DNA of 64,000 bases, taken from contig CAWHIJ010000003.1 in the NCBI GenBank assembly GCA_963829525.1, positions 2,560,001-2,624,000 on the forward strand, given 5' to 3'. Positions 37,589-47,510 of the stretch are shown here, piece by piece (positions within the stretch are counted from its first letter, which is position 1; each line of letters opens with the position of its first letter). This stretch comes from an uncultured Actinomycetota bacterium. GTDB lineage: Bacteria > Actinomycetota > Actinomycetes > JAHEKZ01. The translations under genes and the position numbers were made by a program. The notes beneath the pieces are model-generated. The model ran no database searches. It saw only the letters and a program-made list of their open reading frames with translations, and was not told where the DNA came from.

Positions 37589-38518
37589 CTACCACCGGCG
37601 ATGCTGCGGCACCGGCATCCGCGGCCCGCGCCTCGGCGCACCCACACCCGCCAGTTCCATCAACCGCTGCACCCTGTATCGATGACCGGCATAGGGCTCG
37701 AGCACTTCCGCCAGCCGCGCATCATCGCCCCGCTCGCCGGTCAGCCACCAGCAGATGTCCTTCGCCACGTGGTAGTCGCCGAATGACACCGCATCGGCGT
37801 CACCGTGCGCGCGCTGTCGTACCTCCGCCGATGTCCAGACACCCACTCCAGGCAGCGCTCGAAGCACTCGATCAGCCCCGGTGCCGGAAAGGTCAGCTGT
37901 TCGTTCGATGGCAGCGGCTGCCGATGCGACGACACGCAAGGTGCGGACGCGGTGGGGAGTGACTCCAGCTCGATGGAAATCCGCATCGGAGATCCGTCGC
38001 CATGCCCTCGGCGAAGGCGGCACCATCAGTCCTGTTGGCGCGGGGCCGGGTGCCGGCTCACCGAACCGTCGGACCAGCGACTGCCACGCGCGTCGTGCCT
38101 CGACGCCGGTCACCTTCTGCTCTATCACCGCAGCCATGCAGGCGTCGAAGGGACGCCGGGTTCGCGCCATCCGCCAGCCAGGCGCCCGCCGCGATGCCTC
38201 GGCGACGACCGAATGCACGGGGACAAAGCCTTCCGGCACGTCGCCGGCACCCAGCAGCACTGGGACGCCGCCCAACAACCACTGCGCACCCGGTCCCCAG
38301 GACGTTGCCTCCACACAACCGTCGGATGGCCGCGCCACAAGTCGCAGGGTTCCCGGCCCATCTGGCGTCGACGTGGCCCACCAAGCCACCGGCGTGAAGT
38401 TTCCGGCCACTCGTTCGAACCGGAACGTTCGATACCGCGGCCCGCGGCTCAGCGGACCAAGGATGGCCACGAGGTCGACCGGGAAGCCGGGCTTCCACTT
38501 CCGCTCAGCCACGAACAC
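37589..38518 (-). CDS. DNA-3-methyladenine glycosylase II (AlkA-like, HhH-GPD)
   Basis: AVIEQKVTG.EA, HhH LPGVGVWT, GDADAVSFGDYH, LEPYAGHRYR. Confidence 0.88.
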   Translation of the reverse strand: MFVAERKWKPGFPVDLVAILGPLSRGPRYRTFRFERVAGNFTPVAWWATSTPDGPGTLRLVARPSDGCVEATSWGPGAQWLLGGVPVLLGAGDVPEGFVPVHSVVAEASRRAPGWRMARTRRPFDACMAAVIEQKVTGVEARRAWQSLVRRFGEPAPGPAPTGLMVPPSPRAWRRISDADFHRAGVTPHRVRTLRVVASAAAAIERTADLSGTGADRVLRALPGVGVWTSAEVRQRAHGDADAVSFGDYHVAKDICWWLTGERGDDARLAEVLEPYAGHRYRVQRLMELAGVGAPRRGPRMPVPQHRRW

Positions 38519-38534
38519 TGGGCACCGCTTCCAC

Positions 38535-39569
38535 TTACTGCGTCGCCTCCACCCTCGTCCCGGGCGCCGGGCTCGCCCCCGGCGCTAGCCGCGCGTGGTC
38601 ACCCAGCACCGAGTCAACGACGACGGCTCCATCACCAACGATCGCCTCCGACCCGATCGCACTTCGCGTCACGGTCGCACCGGCGCCGATCACCGCACCA
38701 GGCATCACGATCGACGCATCGATCACAGCACCCGACCCGATGTGGACGCCGGCGCCGATCGACGACCCGCCGAACACCTGAACATCTGTGGGGGGACGGT
38801 CGGCGTCACCGAACCAGGCCTGCCCGTGCGGCACCATGAGCGCCGCCGACGGAGCTACTCCGAGCACGACGTCGGCCGAACAGCGCACAAGCGCCTCCGG
38901 CGTTCCGACATCGCACCAGTAAGCGGACTCCTTCCAGGCCCGCACATCGCGGCCAGACTCCAACAGACTCGGAAATGTGTCGCGTTCGACCGAGACCACC
39001 TGACCCGCCGGTATCGTGTCGATGACCGAGCGACGGAACACGTAGGCACCGGCGTTGACCCAGGAGGTCACGGGGCTATCCATCTTCTCCAGGAACGCGC
39101 TCACCCGGCCCTCATCATCGGTGGGAACGCATCCGTAGGCGCGGGCGTCGTCCACTTCGACGAGATGCAGCGTTACGTCCGCATCGACCGAGCAGTGGAA
39201 GGCGACCTGCCCACCGAGGTCGTGCCCCGAGAGCACGTCACCATTGAGGATCACCACAGGATCATCAGGACGGGAGTCCAATCCGCTTGCAGCATTGCGA
39301 ATTGCACCGCCCGTGCCGAGCGGAGTGTCCTCATGCAGGTAGGTCACACGCAGACCGACCGGAGACCCGTCGCCGAATGTCTCCTGGAAGATCTCCGCGC
39401 GGTAAGACGTCGCAAGCACCACGTGGTCAACGCCGGCCCGGCGCAAGGCAGCGAGCTGGTGGGCGAGGAACGGCATGCCGGCCACCGGCAGCAACGGCTT
39501 CGGCGTGGTCAGCGTGAGGGGGCGCAGCCGTATACCTTGGCCGCCGACGAGCAAGACTGCTTCGCGCAT
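38535..39569 (-). CDS. NDP-sugar pyrophosphorylase (mannose-1-phosphate guanylyltransferase type)
   Basis: LVGGQGIRLRPLT..TPKPLL, PLGTGGAIRN, NGDVL, FLEK, YWCDVGTP, C-terminal hexapeptide repeats. Confidence 0.92.
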   Translation of the reverse strand: MREAVLLVGGQGIRLRPLTLTTPKPLLPVAGMPFLAHQLAALRRAGVDHVVLATSYRAEIFQETFGDGSPVGLRVTYLHEDTPLGTGGAIRNAASGLDSRPDDPVVILNGDVLSGHDLGGQVAFHCSVDADVTLHLVEVDDARAYGCVPTDDEGRVSAFLEKMDSPVTSWVNAGAYVFRRSVIDTIPAGQVVSVERDTFPSLLESGRDVRAWKESAYWCDVGTPEALVRCSADVVLGVAPSAALMVPHGQAWFGDADRPPTDVQVFGGSSIGAGVHIGSGAVIDASIVMPGAVIGAGATVTRSAIGSEAIVGDGAVVVDSVLGDHARLAPGASPAPGTRVEATQ

Positions 39570-39605
39570 GGCGTCAGCCTAGAGCGGCGTCGGCCGACCG
39601 CTAGC

Positions 39606-42371
39606 TCAGGAGTACCAGCCAACGACTCGAAGTGACACCACCGCATCAGAACGCTTGGCAGCGATGGTGATCTCCCCATCGTGTCCGATCGGAACCACCA
39701 AGAGCGTGCGCTGAGTTCCTCTCTTGTCGTACGCCAGCAGAGGCAGCGGGTCCGTGGTCGAGCCGGCCGGGAGAACAGACAGGAAACCGTCACCAGAATC
39801 GCTTCGGGCCAACGCCTGGACAAGAACCGCCGATGCCGCTCCGGGGACCCCAGTGTCTGATCCACGAACCCGCACAGACTGAGCAGTTCCGGCAGCGAGA
39901 TCTGCTGACGAGCCTGCACCAAGGGCGTTGTAACTCTTCATGCTGCGGAACCTTCCGGAACGCTCACCCTGCTGCGGACGGAACCAGCCGAGCACATCTA
40001 CGCGTACGTCTGACTTGCCGCTCGTTAGACGCAGCGGAAGCCGACCGTCCGCGTCAAGCTTGACCACGCTCGTCCCCGTCCGCCACGTCCCTGCTGGCGC
40101 CCGAACAACAGCGCCCAGCGAGCGGGGCGTGCCGGACGGAGCCATGCTGAGAGTTGCCGTACGGGTCGGGTTGATCAGCCCGGCACTGACCAGCACGGTG
40201 CGGATCTCGGTCGGGACTCCCTGGCGGCCGGCAATTCTTACGGTACGCGTTGTGCCGGACACCAGGCGCCCTGTCGACCAGCCAAAGCCGGTTGAGCTAT
40301 CGACGAGACGTCTCGCTGAGACCGCCTTGAGTGATTGGGTGCCAACGCCCGACGACGTGTAGTAGCCGAGGAAGTCGACGTCAAGCCGGGCCAGGCTAGT
40401 AGTTGCCCCCAAGCAGATCCGTCCCGTGGCCGGTACCCGAACCGTTGCCAGTCCAGCGCTCGCTCCTGATGCCTGGTAGGTCACTGCCACCTGGTCGCGA
40501 TCAGCAGCACCGCACGGCCAGACCTGAACGCGGCCAGCGCTCCCGGCACCAGCGGCGGTGACGCGCACTGCAGCCGCGCGAGTTCCGGACGCGGGCGCGC
40601 GACCGCGCCCGAGAACGTCGACCGAGATGGTGCCACCACGACGCGAGGAGGGTGTATCGCCACGTTCGGCGATTCGCGCCGTCGTAACCGGCTGGTAATA
40701 GGAGTACGAAGACGTCGGGACGAATGTCGGGGTTGTGGTGTACGGACCCACGCCGGACCGGTAGATGGGGGCAACCCTGGCGCGATACTGCTTGCCGTTT
40801 GTCAGGCTGGAGACGCGAACGTGGCGGGCCCCGGCGTCGACGCGATACGCCGCGTCGCCCGACGACAGCGTGATCCGGTACCCCTTGACGCGGCGGCCGG
40901 AGTCAGGGGCACCCCAGCTGACCCGAGCCGAGCGGTCGCCTCGCTCGGCACGGACGTTAGTCGCTGGTGCTGGTACGCCGCTGTCGGCGTTCGTGACCGT
41001 CCACCAGGTGCTCTTGAGGCCCGCGGCCCATCGGAAGCTGTCAGCCGAGACGCTGATGGTGCTCTTGCTGCCGACCAGCCCAACGGACAGAACTCGGCCG
41101 CCCCACTGACCGTTCCCGTCGCGAGCGAGCACCTTGAGACTTCGCAACTTACCGATCTGCGGCCAAGCGTTCTGCACCGTGGCAGCTTTAACCGTCGTCG
41201 ACCAGCTGTGCCCCCAGTTCGACTCCCCCGTGACGACCCCGTCATATGGGTCAGGCTTGGCCGTCAGGTAGGGCCGTCCGCCGGAGACCGAGTAGCCACC
41301 ATTGGCGGAGCCGAACATGGCAAAGACCGGTTGGCCGGCATCGCGGAGATACTGAGTCGCGGTCGACTTCACTGCATCCACTTCAGGACCGCTCTCGGCC
41401 GAGATGGGGGCGTACACCTGGCAGGAGGTGGTGTCACAGATGTCATAGGCACGGTGGGTGGTCCGTGCGTTCAACTGCGCCACCAGCGCGTAGCTACGCG
41501 CCGCGATCGCCTGCGCCCTCAGCGCGGCACCGGTCCACGAACTCGGGACCTCCGAGGAGACTACTGACCGAAGATAGTCCTCCAGAAGTAGCCGGTTCAT
41601 GGCAAGGACCGACGAGGACCCTCGGGCGATCTCGAGGTATCCGCGATAGACACGAGTGTTTCCGTCGGCGGACTCAACGGCGACGCGGCTCTTGCCAACG
41701 GCAGAACTGGTCTGCCACCTGACCGATCCACTCATCCCACCCTTGACCTTGACTACCTTGGCTGACGAGACTGCCAAGACCTCCAGTCCCGCACTTCCCC
41801 TGACGACGCGGAAGGCACTGACTGGCTCACCTCCAGCCCTTCCGGGCAGGGCAACGGAGCCACCCTTGTATATGAGGGAGAGCCCCTTCCGAGGAGGAAC
41901 CACCACACCGGTGCCTTGGGGGGTACTGCCCACAACACCGGAAAGCCCCACAGTGATCTGTCGGGTTGCTGCGCCTTCGACGAGCCTCGTGCCCGGGTAG
42001 TAGAACTTCACAATCTCGCGATAGCTCTTGCCAAGGCGCCCCATGCCCTCGGCGCCGAACTGCGACATGCCGATGCCGTGGCCGTACCCGAGTCCGGAGA
42101 GCCGGAAGGTGCCGCTGCCCGGCACGGCGTAGCTTTCGACTGCGCCAGCTGCACGGGCGCTCGTGGCCATGACCGCAATAGATCCAGCCACCAGAGCCGC
42201 AACCAGCACCGACACCAGGGCCGCTGCCAGAGCCGCCTCGGGGGCGCCGACGAAAGCCGCTCCCCGCATAGGGATCCCGACGCGCAGCAGAGCAGGATTT
42301 CGGTTTGTCTCACGCGTCACACCCGTCACAGACAGGTGTCTCGGCAGTTGTTCGGGCGAACCTGAGTTCAC
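39606..42371 (-). CDS. SpoIID/LytB-domain lytic transglycosylase + FN3 + three C-terminal repeat modules
   Basis: GYGHGIGMSQFGA, EDYLRSVVSSEVP.SW...AL.AQAIAARSY, DICDTTSCQVY; FN3 (VSW.AP...GYRI...LTNG..Y). Start could be ATG 42269. Confidence 0.88.
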   Translation of the reverse strand: MNSGSPEQLPRHLSVTGVTRETNRNPALLRVGIPMRGAAFVGAPEAALAAALVSVLVAALVAGSIAVMATSARAAGAVESYAVPGSGTFRLSGLGYGHGIGMSQFGAEGMGRLGKSYREIVKFYYPGTRLVEGAATRQITVGLSGVVGSTPQGTGVVVPPRKGLSLIYKGGSVALPGRAGGEPVSAFRVVRGSAGLEVLAVSSAKVVKVKGGMSGSVRWQTSSAVGKSRVAVESADGNTRVYRGYLEIARGSSSVLAMNRLLLEDYLRSVVSSEVPSSWTGAALRAQAIAARSYALVAQLNARTTHRAYDICDTTSCQVYAPISAESGPEVDAVKSTATQYLRDAGQPVFAMFGSANGGYSVSGGRPYLTAKPDPYDGVVTGESNWGHSWSTTVKAATVQNAWPQIGKLRSLKVLARDGNGQWGGRVLSVGLVGSKSTISVSADSFRWAAGLKSTWWTVTNADSGVPAPATNVRAERGDRSARVSWGAPDSGRRVKGYRITLSSGDAAYRVDAGARHVRVSSLTNGKQYRARVAPIYRSGVGPYTTTPTFVPTSSYSYYQPVTTARIAERGDTPSSRRGGTISVDVLGRGRAPASGTRAAAVRVTAAGAGSAGRVQVWPCGAADRDQVAVTYQASGASAGLATVRVPATGRICLGATTSLARLDVDFLGYYTSSGVGTQSLKAVSARRLVDSSTGFGWSTGRLVSGTTRTVRIAGRQGVPTEIRTVLVSAGLINPTRTATLSMAPSGTPRSLGAVVRAPAGTWRTGTSVVKLDADGRLPLRLTSGKSDVRVDVLGWFRPQQGERSGRFRSMKSYNALGAGSSADLAAGTAQSVRVRGSDTGVPGAASAVLVQALARSDSGDGFLSVLPAGSTTDPLPLLAYDKRGTQRTLLVVPIGHDGEITIAAKRSDAVVSLRVVGWYS

Positions 42372-42389
42372 CCGGCCTGACCTGCAGCT

Positions 42390-45035
42390 TTATCGAATCC
42401 AGCCGACGATGCTCAGATTTGCCGTCAGACGGGAATCCTCCGACCGGACCCGCAAGTCGCCACCTGCGCCCAGACGCATCACCGCCAGCGTCTCCCGGGC
42501 TTGCCTCGATGGCACGATCAGGTCTGCCGAGGTCGGCACTCTGGCGCCTCGGGGCCAGAGCTTCAACCGGCCGGCATCGTTGTTCGAGGATCCGGTGAGC
42601 TGGACCACCACGGCGGACGCATCGGTCGGAACTCCAGCGTGTCCACCCACGCGGACGGTCGTCGCCTCACCCTTGCCGAGCGCAGCGCCACCTCCAAGCA
42701 GCGACCTCGGCACCACCGGATGGACGTCGCTTGAGTCACCGGCAGCGACGTACCCGGCCACGTCCAAAGAAACCGGACCGGATCTGTCGGAGGCAACGCG
42801 GATGCTGCCGTTGCTGCCAAGCGGCACAATCACTTGGGACACGCTGCTGTTCCCACTTGCTCGTCTCCACGTCGGAGTTGCCGTCTGCGCACCATCTGCA
42901 GCCCAGGCCCAGACTGCACCCACCCGGGAGCTGCTGCTTCTGCGGATCGCAAGAACGACAGCGCGCGCATTGGCCGGTACCCCTGCGCGACCGGCGACGT
43001 CGACGCTGACCGGTGAACTGCTCAGCGACAACGGACTTGCACCGGCGAGCGCTCTGCGGCGCAGGGGCGTCAGCGATCCCCCCGCTCCGTCGGTGCTCAC
43101 GTAGCCCACAACGGAGGCCTTGAGGGCAACCGCGCCACTCTGGTTGTGGAATCGGATGCCGCCCCCCGGCCCGACGCGGACCATGGCAAACCCACGTGCC
43201 GTCGAGCCAGTCCCCAGTGAGAGGACCCGCGCACCGGTCCCGTTCACCGTGTCAGGACTCACCGACACCCGCGTCCCGGTACTGGCACAGGCAGCCTCGA
43301 CCGAGATTGCCACCGCCGAGACACCACTCTTCGGAACGCCCGCCCGCCCGAGCACCTGTACATCGAGCTTGCGGTCCGGCCCGAGAAGGAGCCGATCGGA
43401 AATCCCGGTTCCAGCCGTCGTTGCGAGCAAGGTGCGCGCGCGCTGGGGGACGTAAGCGCCGGCGGGAACCTTGTCCAGTGATGTTGCGGTTGGCGCAGCC
43501 GATCGACCACCGACTCCGACCAGCACCGATCGTTGGAAGGGCCAGGCCCTGCTGCCGTTGCCGCTGCTCGTCAGCGTAAGTCGATATCGGCCAGGCGCTG
43601 CCTGGCTGCCGTTGTCAGTGCCCCCGCGCCAGGCAGCCTTGATCGGGGTGCCCGCAGCGGCTTCCCCGGTGAGACGTCGTACGACCGCTCCCGTGCAGTA
43701 GTCGCGCACCGTCAGGGTCCAGCTCTGCTGCTGCAGAACGCCGGCTCGCACCACGACGTTTACGTCTTCACCCATCGGCACCGACTCCTCTGAGATCGTC
43801 GGCTCCACGAGGCTCGCGCCCATGTCGCCAGCAGCGAGCCGGCGGATCGTCGGGAGTCGTTGGTACAGGTTGTCACCAGGACAGGCGGTCAGCTGTGAGT
43901 CGCGATGACCGGAAATGACCCTGAAACGCACTTTGCGACCGGGTGCGTACTTCGACGAACCCACCTCAGCAGTCAACCTCTTGCGGCCGAATGGATCGCG
44001 GTGATACCTCGAGAGGCGGTAGGCCAAGACCTCGGCGATCCCTCGCACCATCGCGTCCGACGCCGGTGCCGTCTGGAAGTTTCCCATCGCGACCACCGCG
44101 ACCGTGTCGGTGTTGAAGCCACCCGATGCCGCAGAGCGCACCGGCTTGGTGATGCTCCCTGCGCGCCCCTCGTAGATGGTGCCGTACTTGTCAACGAGGA
44201 AGTTGTATCCCATGTCGGCGTAGTCGAGGGTGTTGACGTAGTAGCTGTAAAGCCCCCGCACCACCGCTGGGCTTTCGCTACGCGTGTAGTTGTTGCTGCC
44301 TGCGGTGTGGTGGACGAAAGCCACCTTGAACGTGTTGCTGTTCTCCAGATGCTTGTCCCGCAGCGACTCGTCGGCACCCCACTCAGCCCGGGTGACAATC
44401 GGCGGCTTGTTGGTCGAAGCCGCCGCGCTCGACCCGCTCCATGGCTCGGTGATCGCAGCGTCGGCATCCGATGTTCCCGGTTCGATCAGGTCAGCCCGCA
44501 CATCCGCGGGGGCAGCGTCACCAACAGCGTCTATCCGCACTTGGAACCCATCGGAGTCACCCGCCCAGTAAGGGACGGTTCCAAAACGACCGTTCGGCGA
44601 GGGTTCGGTTCCGCCGTCCACCATCGTCTGTAGCTCGAACCAGTCGGTCCAATGACTGTCGGTGCGCGTGCGAGCGGTCACCAGAACCGCACCATCCTTG
44701 CTCGGTCCCGCGCCGGTCCACGTGACGCCGACCATGCGGTAGTCCGCTGTCGCGATCGGCTCGGTGAGCAGCACCGGAGGCCGGTCGGCCACGCGAGCGG
44801 CGGTGGACACCGAGGATCGACCAACCTGACGCCACATCGACGCGAGCTCGTTTGGTGCCGGAGCCGAACGCAGGGCTTGGACATCAACCCCAGCCAGCGG
44901 CAACTGTTGAACCTGAGGTGCCACCGGGTGCGGGGCATGCCGAGACGCAGTGAAGGTCGGCGCCACCACGGCGGTGGGGACGACGAGGACGATGGCGAAC
45001 AGCGCGCTCGCGGGTGCCGGACGGGGAAAACGCAC
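42390..45035 (-). CDS. N-acetylmuramoyl-L-alanine amidase (Amidase_2/PGRP-like) + FlgD-Ig-like + three C-terminal repeat modules
   Basis: TRAEWGADES, VHHTAG, DMGYNFLVD..G.IYEGR, SGHRD, TACPG; W.G....G..AAPG.Y FlgD-like segment; signal peptide from GTG 45035. Confidence 0.9.
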   Translation of the reverse strand: MRFPRPAPASALFAIVLVVPTAVVAPTFTASRHAPHPVAPQVQQLPLAGVDVQALRSAPAPNELASMWRQVGRSSVSTAARVADRPPVLLTEPIATADYRMVGVTWTGAGPSKDGAVLVTARTRTDSHWTDWFELQTMVDGGTEPSPNGRFGTVPYWAGDSDGFQVRIDAVGDAAPADVRADLIEPGTSDADAAITEPWSGSSAAASTNKPPIVTRAEWGADESLRDKHLENSNTFKVAFVHHTAGSNNYTRSESPAVVRGLYSYYVNTLDYADMGYNFLVDKYGTIYEGRAGSITKPVRSAASGGFNTDTVAVVAMGNFQTAPASDAMVRGIAEVLAYRLSRYHRDPFGRKRLTAEVGSSKYAPGRKVRFRVISGHRDSQLTACPGDNLYQRLPTIRRLAAGDMGASLVEPTISEESVPMGEDVNVVVRAGVLQQQSWTLTVRDYCTGAVVRRLTGEAAAGTPIKAAWRGGTDNGSQAAPGRYRLTLTSSGNGSRAWPFQRSVLVGVGGRSAAPTATSLDKVPAGAYVPQRARTLLATTAGTGISDRLLLGPDRKLDVQVLGRAGVPKSGVSAVAISVEAACASTGTRVSVSPDTVNGTGARVLSLGTGSTARGFAMVRVGPGGGIRFHNQSGAVALKASVVGYVSTDGAGGSLTPLRRRALAGASPLSLSSSPVSVDVAGRAGVPANARAVVLAIRRSSSSRVGAVWAWAADGAQTATPTWRRASGNSSVSQVIVPLGSNGSIRVASDRSGPVSLDVAGYVAAGDSSDVHPVVPRSLLGGGAALGKGEATTVRVGGHAGVPTDASAVVVQLTGSSNNDAGRLKLWPRGARVPTSADLIVPSRQARETLAVMRLGAGGDLRVRSEDSRLTANLSIVGWIR

Positions 45036-45142
45036 AGAGAGCCTCTCCGGGGGAAGTCGGTGGTCCGATGGGAAGGCGAACCTTCCTGGTGCCATCGGCC
45101 GGATTTGCACCCGGCTGGAGATGAGTCCCTACCCTAACTCTG

Positions 45143-45889
45143 GTGACCTCGACTTCAGAGCATCTACGCCGCGCGTTGGCCGCCGATCCCTCCGGACCCC
45201 GCCTGACCTACTACGACGACGCCACTGGGGAACGAGTGGAGCTCTCCACCACCACGCTCGCCAACTGGGTGGCCAAGACGGCCAACCTGCTGGTGCTGGA
45301 GTGCGGGGTCGGTCCAGAATCGGAGATCTCCCTCCACCTGCCCCGCCATTGGACGACAGCGGTGTGGGTACTTGCCGCCGACGCCACCGGTGCCAGGGTC
45401 ACCCACGAACCCGGCTTCGCATCACCCAGCGGATCGGTCGACGTAGCTGTGGTGAGCCCCGATCACGTCGACGACCCACCGGACGCCGAAGAGGTCTTCG
45501 CCGTCTCCCTAGCGCCGCTCGCTGCGCCGTTCACCAGGCCGCTGCCTCCGCTCGTACGGGACTACAGCATCGAGGTCCGGGCAATGCCGGACCAGGTCAG
45601 TGATGCAGTCGGCCCGCCGGGACCCCTTGGCGCGCTTGCCGAGGAGCAAGCGGCGACCCAAAGTCTGGAGCCGACCGACCGAGTTGCCGCGCTCGGCGAC
45701 CTGGTGGGTCTGGATTGTCTTGTCAGCCAGTGGCTCGCGCCGCTCGCCGTTGGAGCCAGTGTGATTTGGGTGCGGAACCCAGAACCTGAGCTGTGCGTCC
45801 GACGATGGGCGACCGAACGGGTGACGGCAGTCTCTGGCACGCTGCCGAACGGGGTACCACTGCCTGAGTCGATTCGGCTGTTGGCCTGA
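45143..45889 (+). CDS. TIGR03089-family protein
   Basis: PRLTYYDDATGERVELSTTTLANWVAKTANLL; conserved next to LCP genes. Confidence 0.88.
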   Translation: MTSTSEHLRRALAADPSGPRLTYYDDATGERVELSTTTLANWVAKTANLLVLECGVGPESEISLHLPRHWTTAVWVLAADATGARVTHEPGFASPSGSVDVAVVSPDHVDDPPDAEEVFAVSLAPLAAPFTRPLPPLVRDYSIEVRAMPDQVSDAVGPPGPLGALAEEQAATQSLEPTDRVAALGDLVGLDCLVSQWLAPLAVGASVIWVRNPEPELCVRRWATERVTAVSGTLPNGVPLPESIRLLA

Positions 45890-45934
45890 TCAGTCCGTAT
45901 TCTGCTCTGCGACCACTACACAACGAAGGACCCG

Positions 45935-47392
45935 ATGACCCACAGCGCCCCTGCCGACGAAGCGGCAACCGACGCACCGGCAGGTCATCTGAGGCTGCGC
46001 CGTACGCTGAAGTGGCTCGCGATCGTCGTTACTTTGCTACTGCTTGCCGGCGGAGTAACTGGCTTCTACCTCTACCAGAGGCTCCAGGGGAACATCGGGG
46101 TCGGCGACTACCTCAATGACAACTTTCTCGGCACCGAGCGCCCCACTAAGCAGGCTACCCAGGCACCCGACGAGAAAGAACCACTCAACATTCTCGTGAT
46201 GGGCTCAGACACCCGCGCTGGTCAGGGGAAAGGCTACGGCGATCCGTCCACGATCACCGGGGCCAGGTCAGATACCACCTTGCTCGTCCACCTTCCCGCT
46301 GACCGTGAGAGCGCCCTGGTCGTCAGCATCCCCCGCGACACCATCGTTGACGTGCCCTCCTGCAAGACCGATACAGGTACATCCTCGCCGTACACCGATC
46401 GCTTCAACTCCGCGTTCTCCATCGGTGGTCCCGGCTGCACGATCAAGACGGTCGAGCAGAACACCGGGGTCTTCATCGACCACTTCGTGATCGTCGACTT
46501 TTCCGGGTTCAACGACATCGTCGATGCACTCGGGGGAGTCGACGTCTGCCTGCCCTACGCTGTGGTTGAGCCTAAGAGCAAGCTCAACCTTCCGGCCGGG
46601 GTCAGCACCGTCACCGGCGATCAGGCACTGGCGTTTGTGCGAGTGCGTGCCATCGGCACGGGAAGTGACATCGACCGCATCGATCGTCAGCAAGCCTTCC
46701 TGTCATCGTTGATCGAAAAGGCACGCAGCTCCGGCACGCTCCTGAACCCAGTCAAGCTTGTCCGGTTCCTGGAGGCGGCCACCAAGTCGCTCACCACCGA
46801 CCCGGAGTTGGCCAACCTCAACCGGATGCGCCAACTTGCTCAAGAGGTGCGCGGGATTCCCCCCAAGGACATCACCTTCTTGACCACACCGTGGTTGGTG
46901 AATCCGGCTGACCCCAACACCGTCATCTGGAACACCGACAAGACCGATCCCCTCTGGAAAGCCATCTCCACCGACCAGCCGTACCCTCCGGAACCTCCAG
47001 ATCCAACGGTCATCGACGGTGAGCCCCTCGCTGTCGCCCCGGAGTCGATCGATGTCCGGGTCCTCAACGGGACCGGCAAGGACGGGGCCGCCACAGCGGC
47101 CGCTGCCAAGCTCAGCAAGCAGGGATTCAACGTCGTCGGTGTCGGTGACGCCGAGAGCACTGACTTCCTTTCCACAGTCGTTCGCTTCGACGTCGCTGGT
47201 GAACAGTCGGCCAGGACTGTGGCGGCATCACTGAGTGACGCAACCCGCGTGCGGCAACCCGGTCTTGGCTCCACCATCGAGGTTGTCGTCGGCGAGGACT
47301 GGCCGGGGGTCAGCCCTGTGGTCGTCAAGGAACCTCGTACGAACGACGGCGTCCGGAACGCCAGCGACAACATCTGCAACGTCCCCGGCTGA
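45935..47392 (+). CDS. LCP (LytR-CpsA-Psr) glycopolymer transferase with LytR_C domain
   Basis: TM, NILVMGSDTR, RSDT, VSIPRD, ALAFVRVR, SD..RI.RQQ; V.VLNGT C-terminal domain. Confidence 0.94.
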   Translation: MTHSAPADEAATDAPAGHLRLRRTLKWLAIVVTLLLLAGGVTGFYLYQRLQGNIGVGDYLNDNFLGTERPTKQATQAPDEKEPLNILVMGSDTRAGQGKGYGDPSTITGARSDTTLLVHLPADRESALVVSIPRDTIVDVPSCKTDTGTSSPYTDRFNSAFSIGGPGCTIKTVEQNTGVFIDHFVIVDFSGFNDIVDALGGVDVCLPYAVVEPKSKLNLPAGVSTVTGDQALAFVRVRAIGTGSDIDRIDRQQAFLSSLIEKARSSGTLLNPVKLVRFLEAATKSLTTDPELANLNRMRQLAQEVRGIPPKDITFLTTPWLVNPADPNTVIWNTDKTDPLWKAISTDQPYPPEPPDPTVIDGEPLAVAPESIDVRVLNGTGKDGAATAAAAKLSKQGFNVVGVGDAESTDFLSTVVRFDVAGEQSARTVAASLSDATRVRQPGLGSTIEVVVGEDWPGVSPVVVKEPRTNDGVRNASDNICNVPG

Positions 47393-47398
47393 CACAAA

Positions 47399-47421
47399 GC
47401 ACGTCCTAACTAACGACGTGC
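47399..47421 (+). terminator. Possible terminator hairpin after the first LCP gene
   Basis: GCACGTC, 9-nt loop, GACGTGC, 7 nt after the stop, between convergent genes; no U-tract. Confidence 0.3.
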
Positions 47422-47510
47422 GCGCACACCCTGCTCGCGCTCAGCGAACCGACCCGAGCATTCGGCAAAGCGAGCCAGCGGGCCGGGGTCGAGAGCGACA
47501 AGAACGACGG

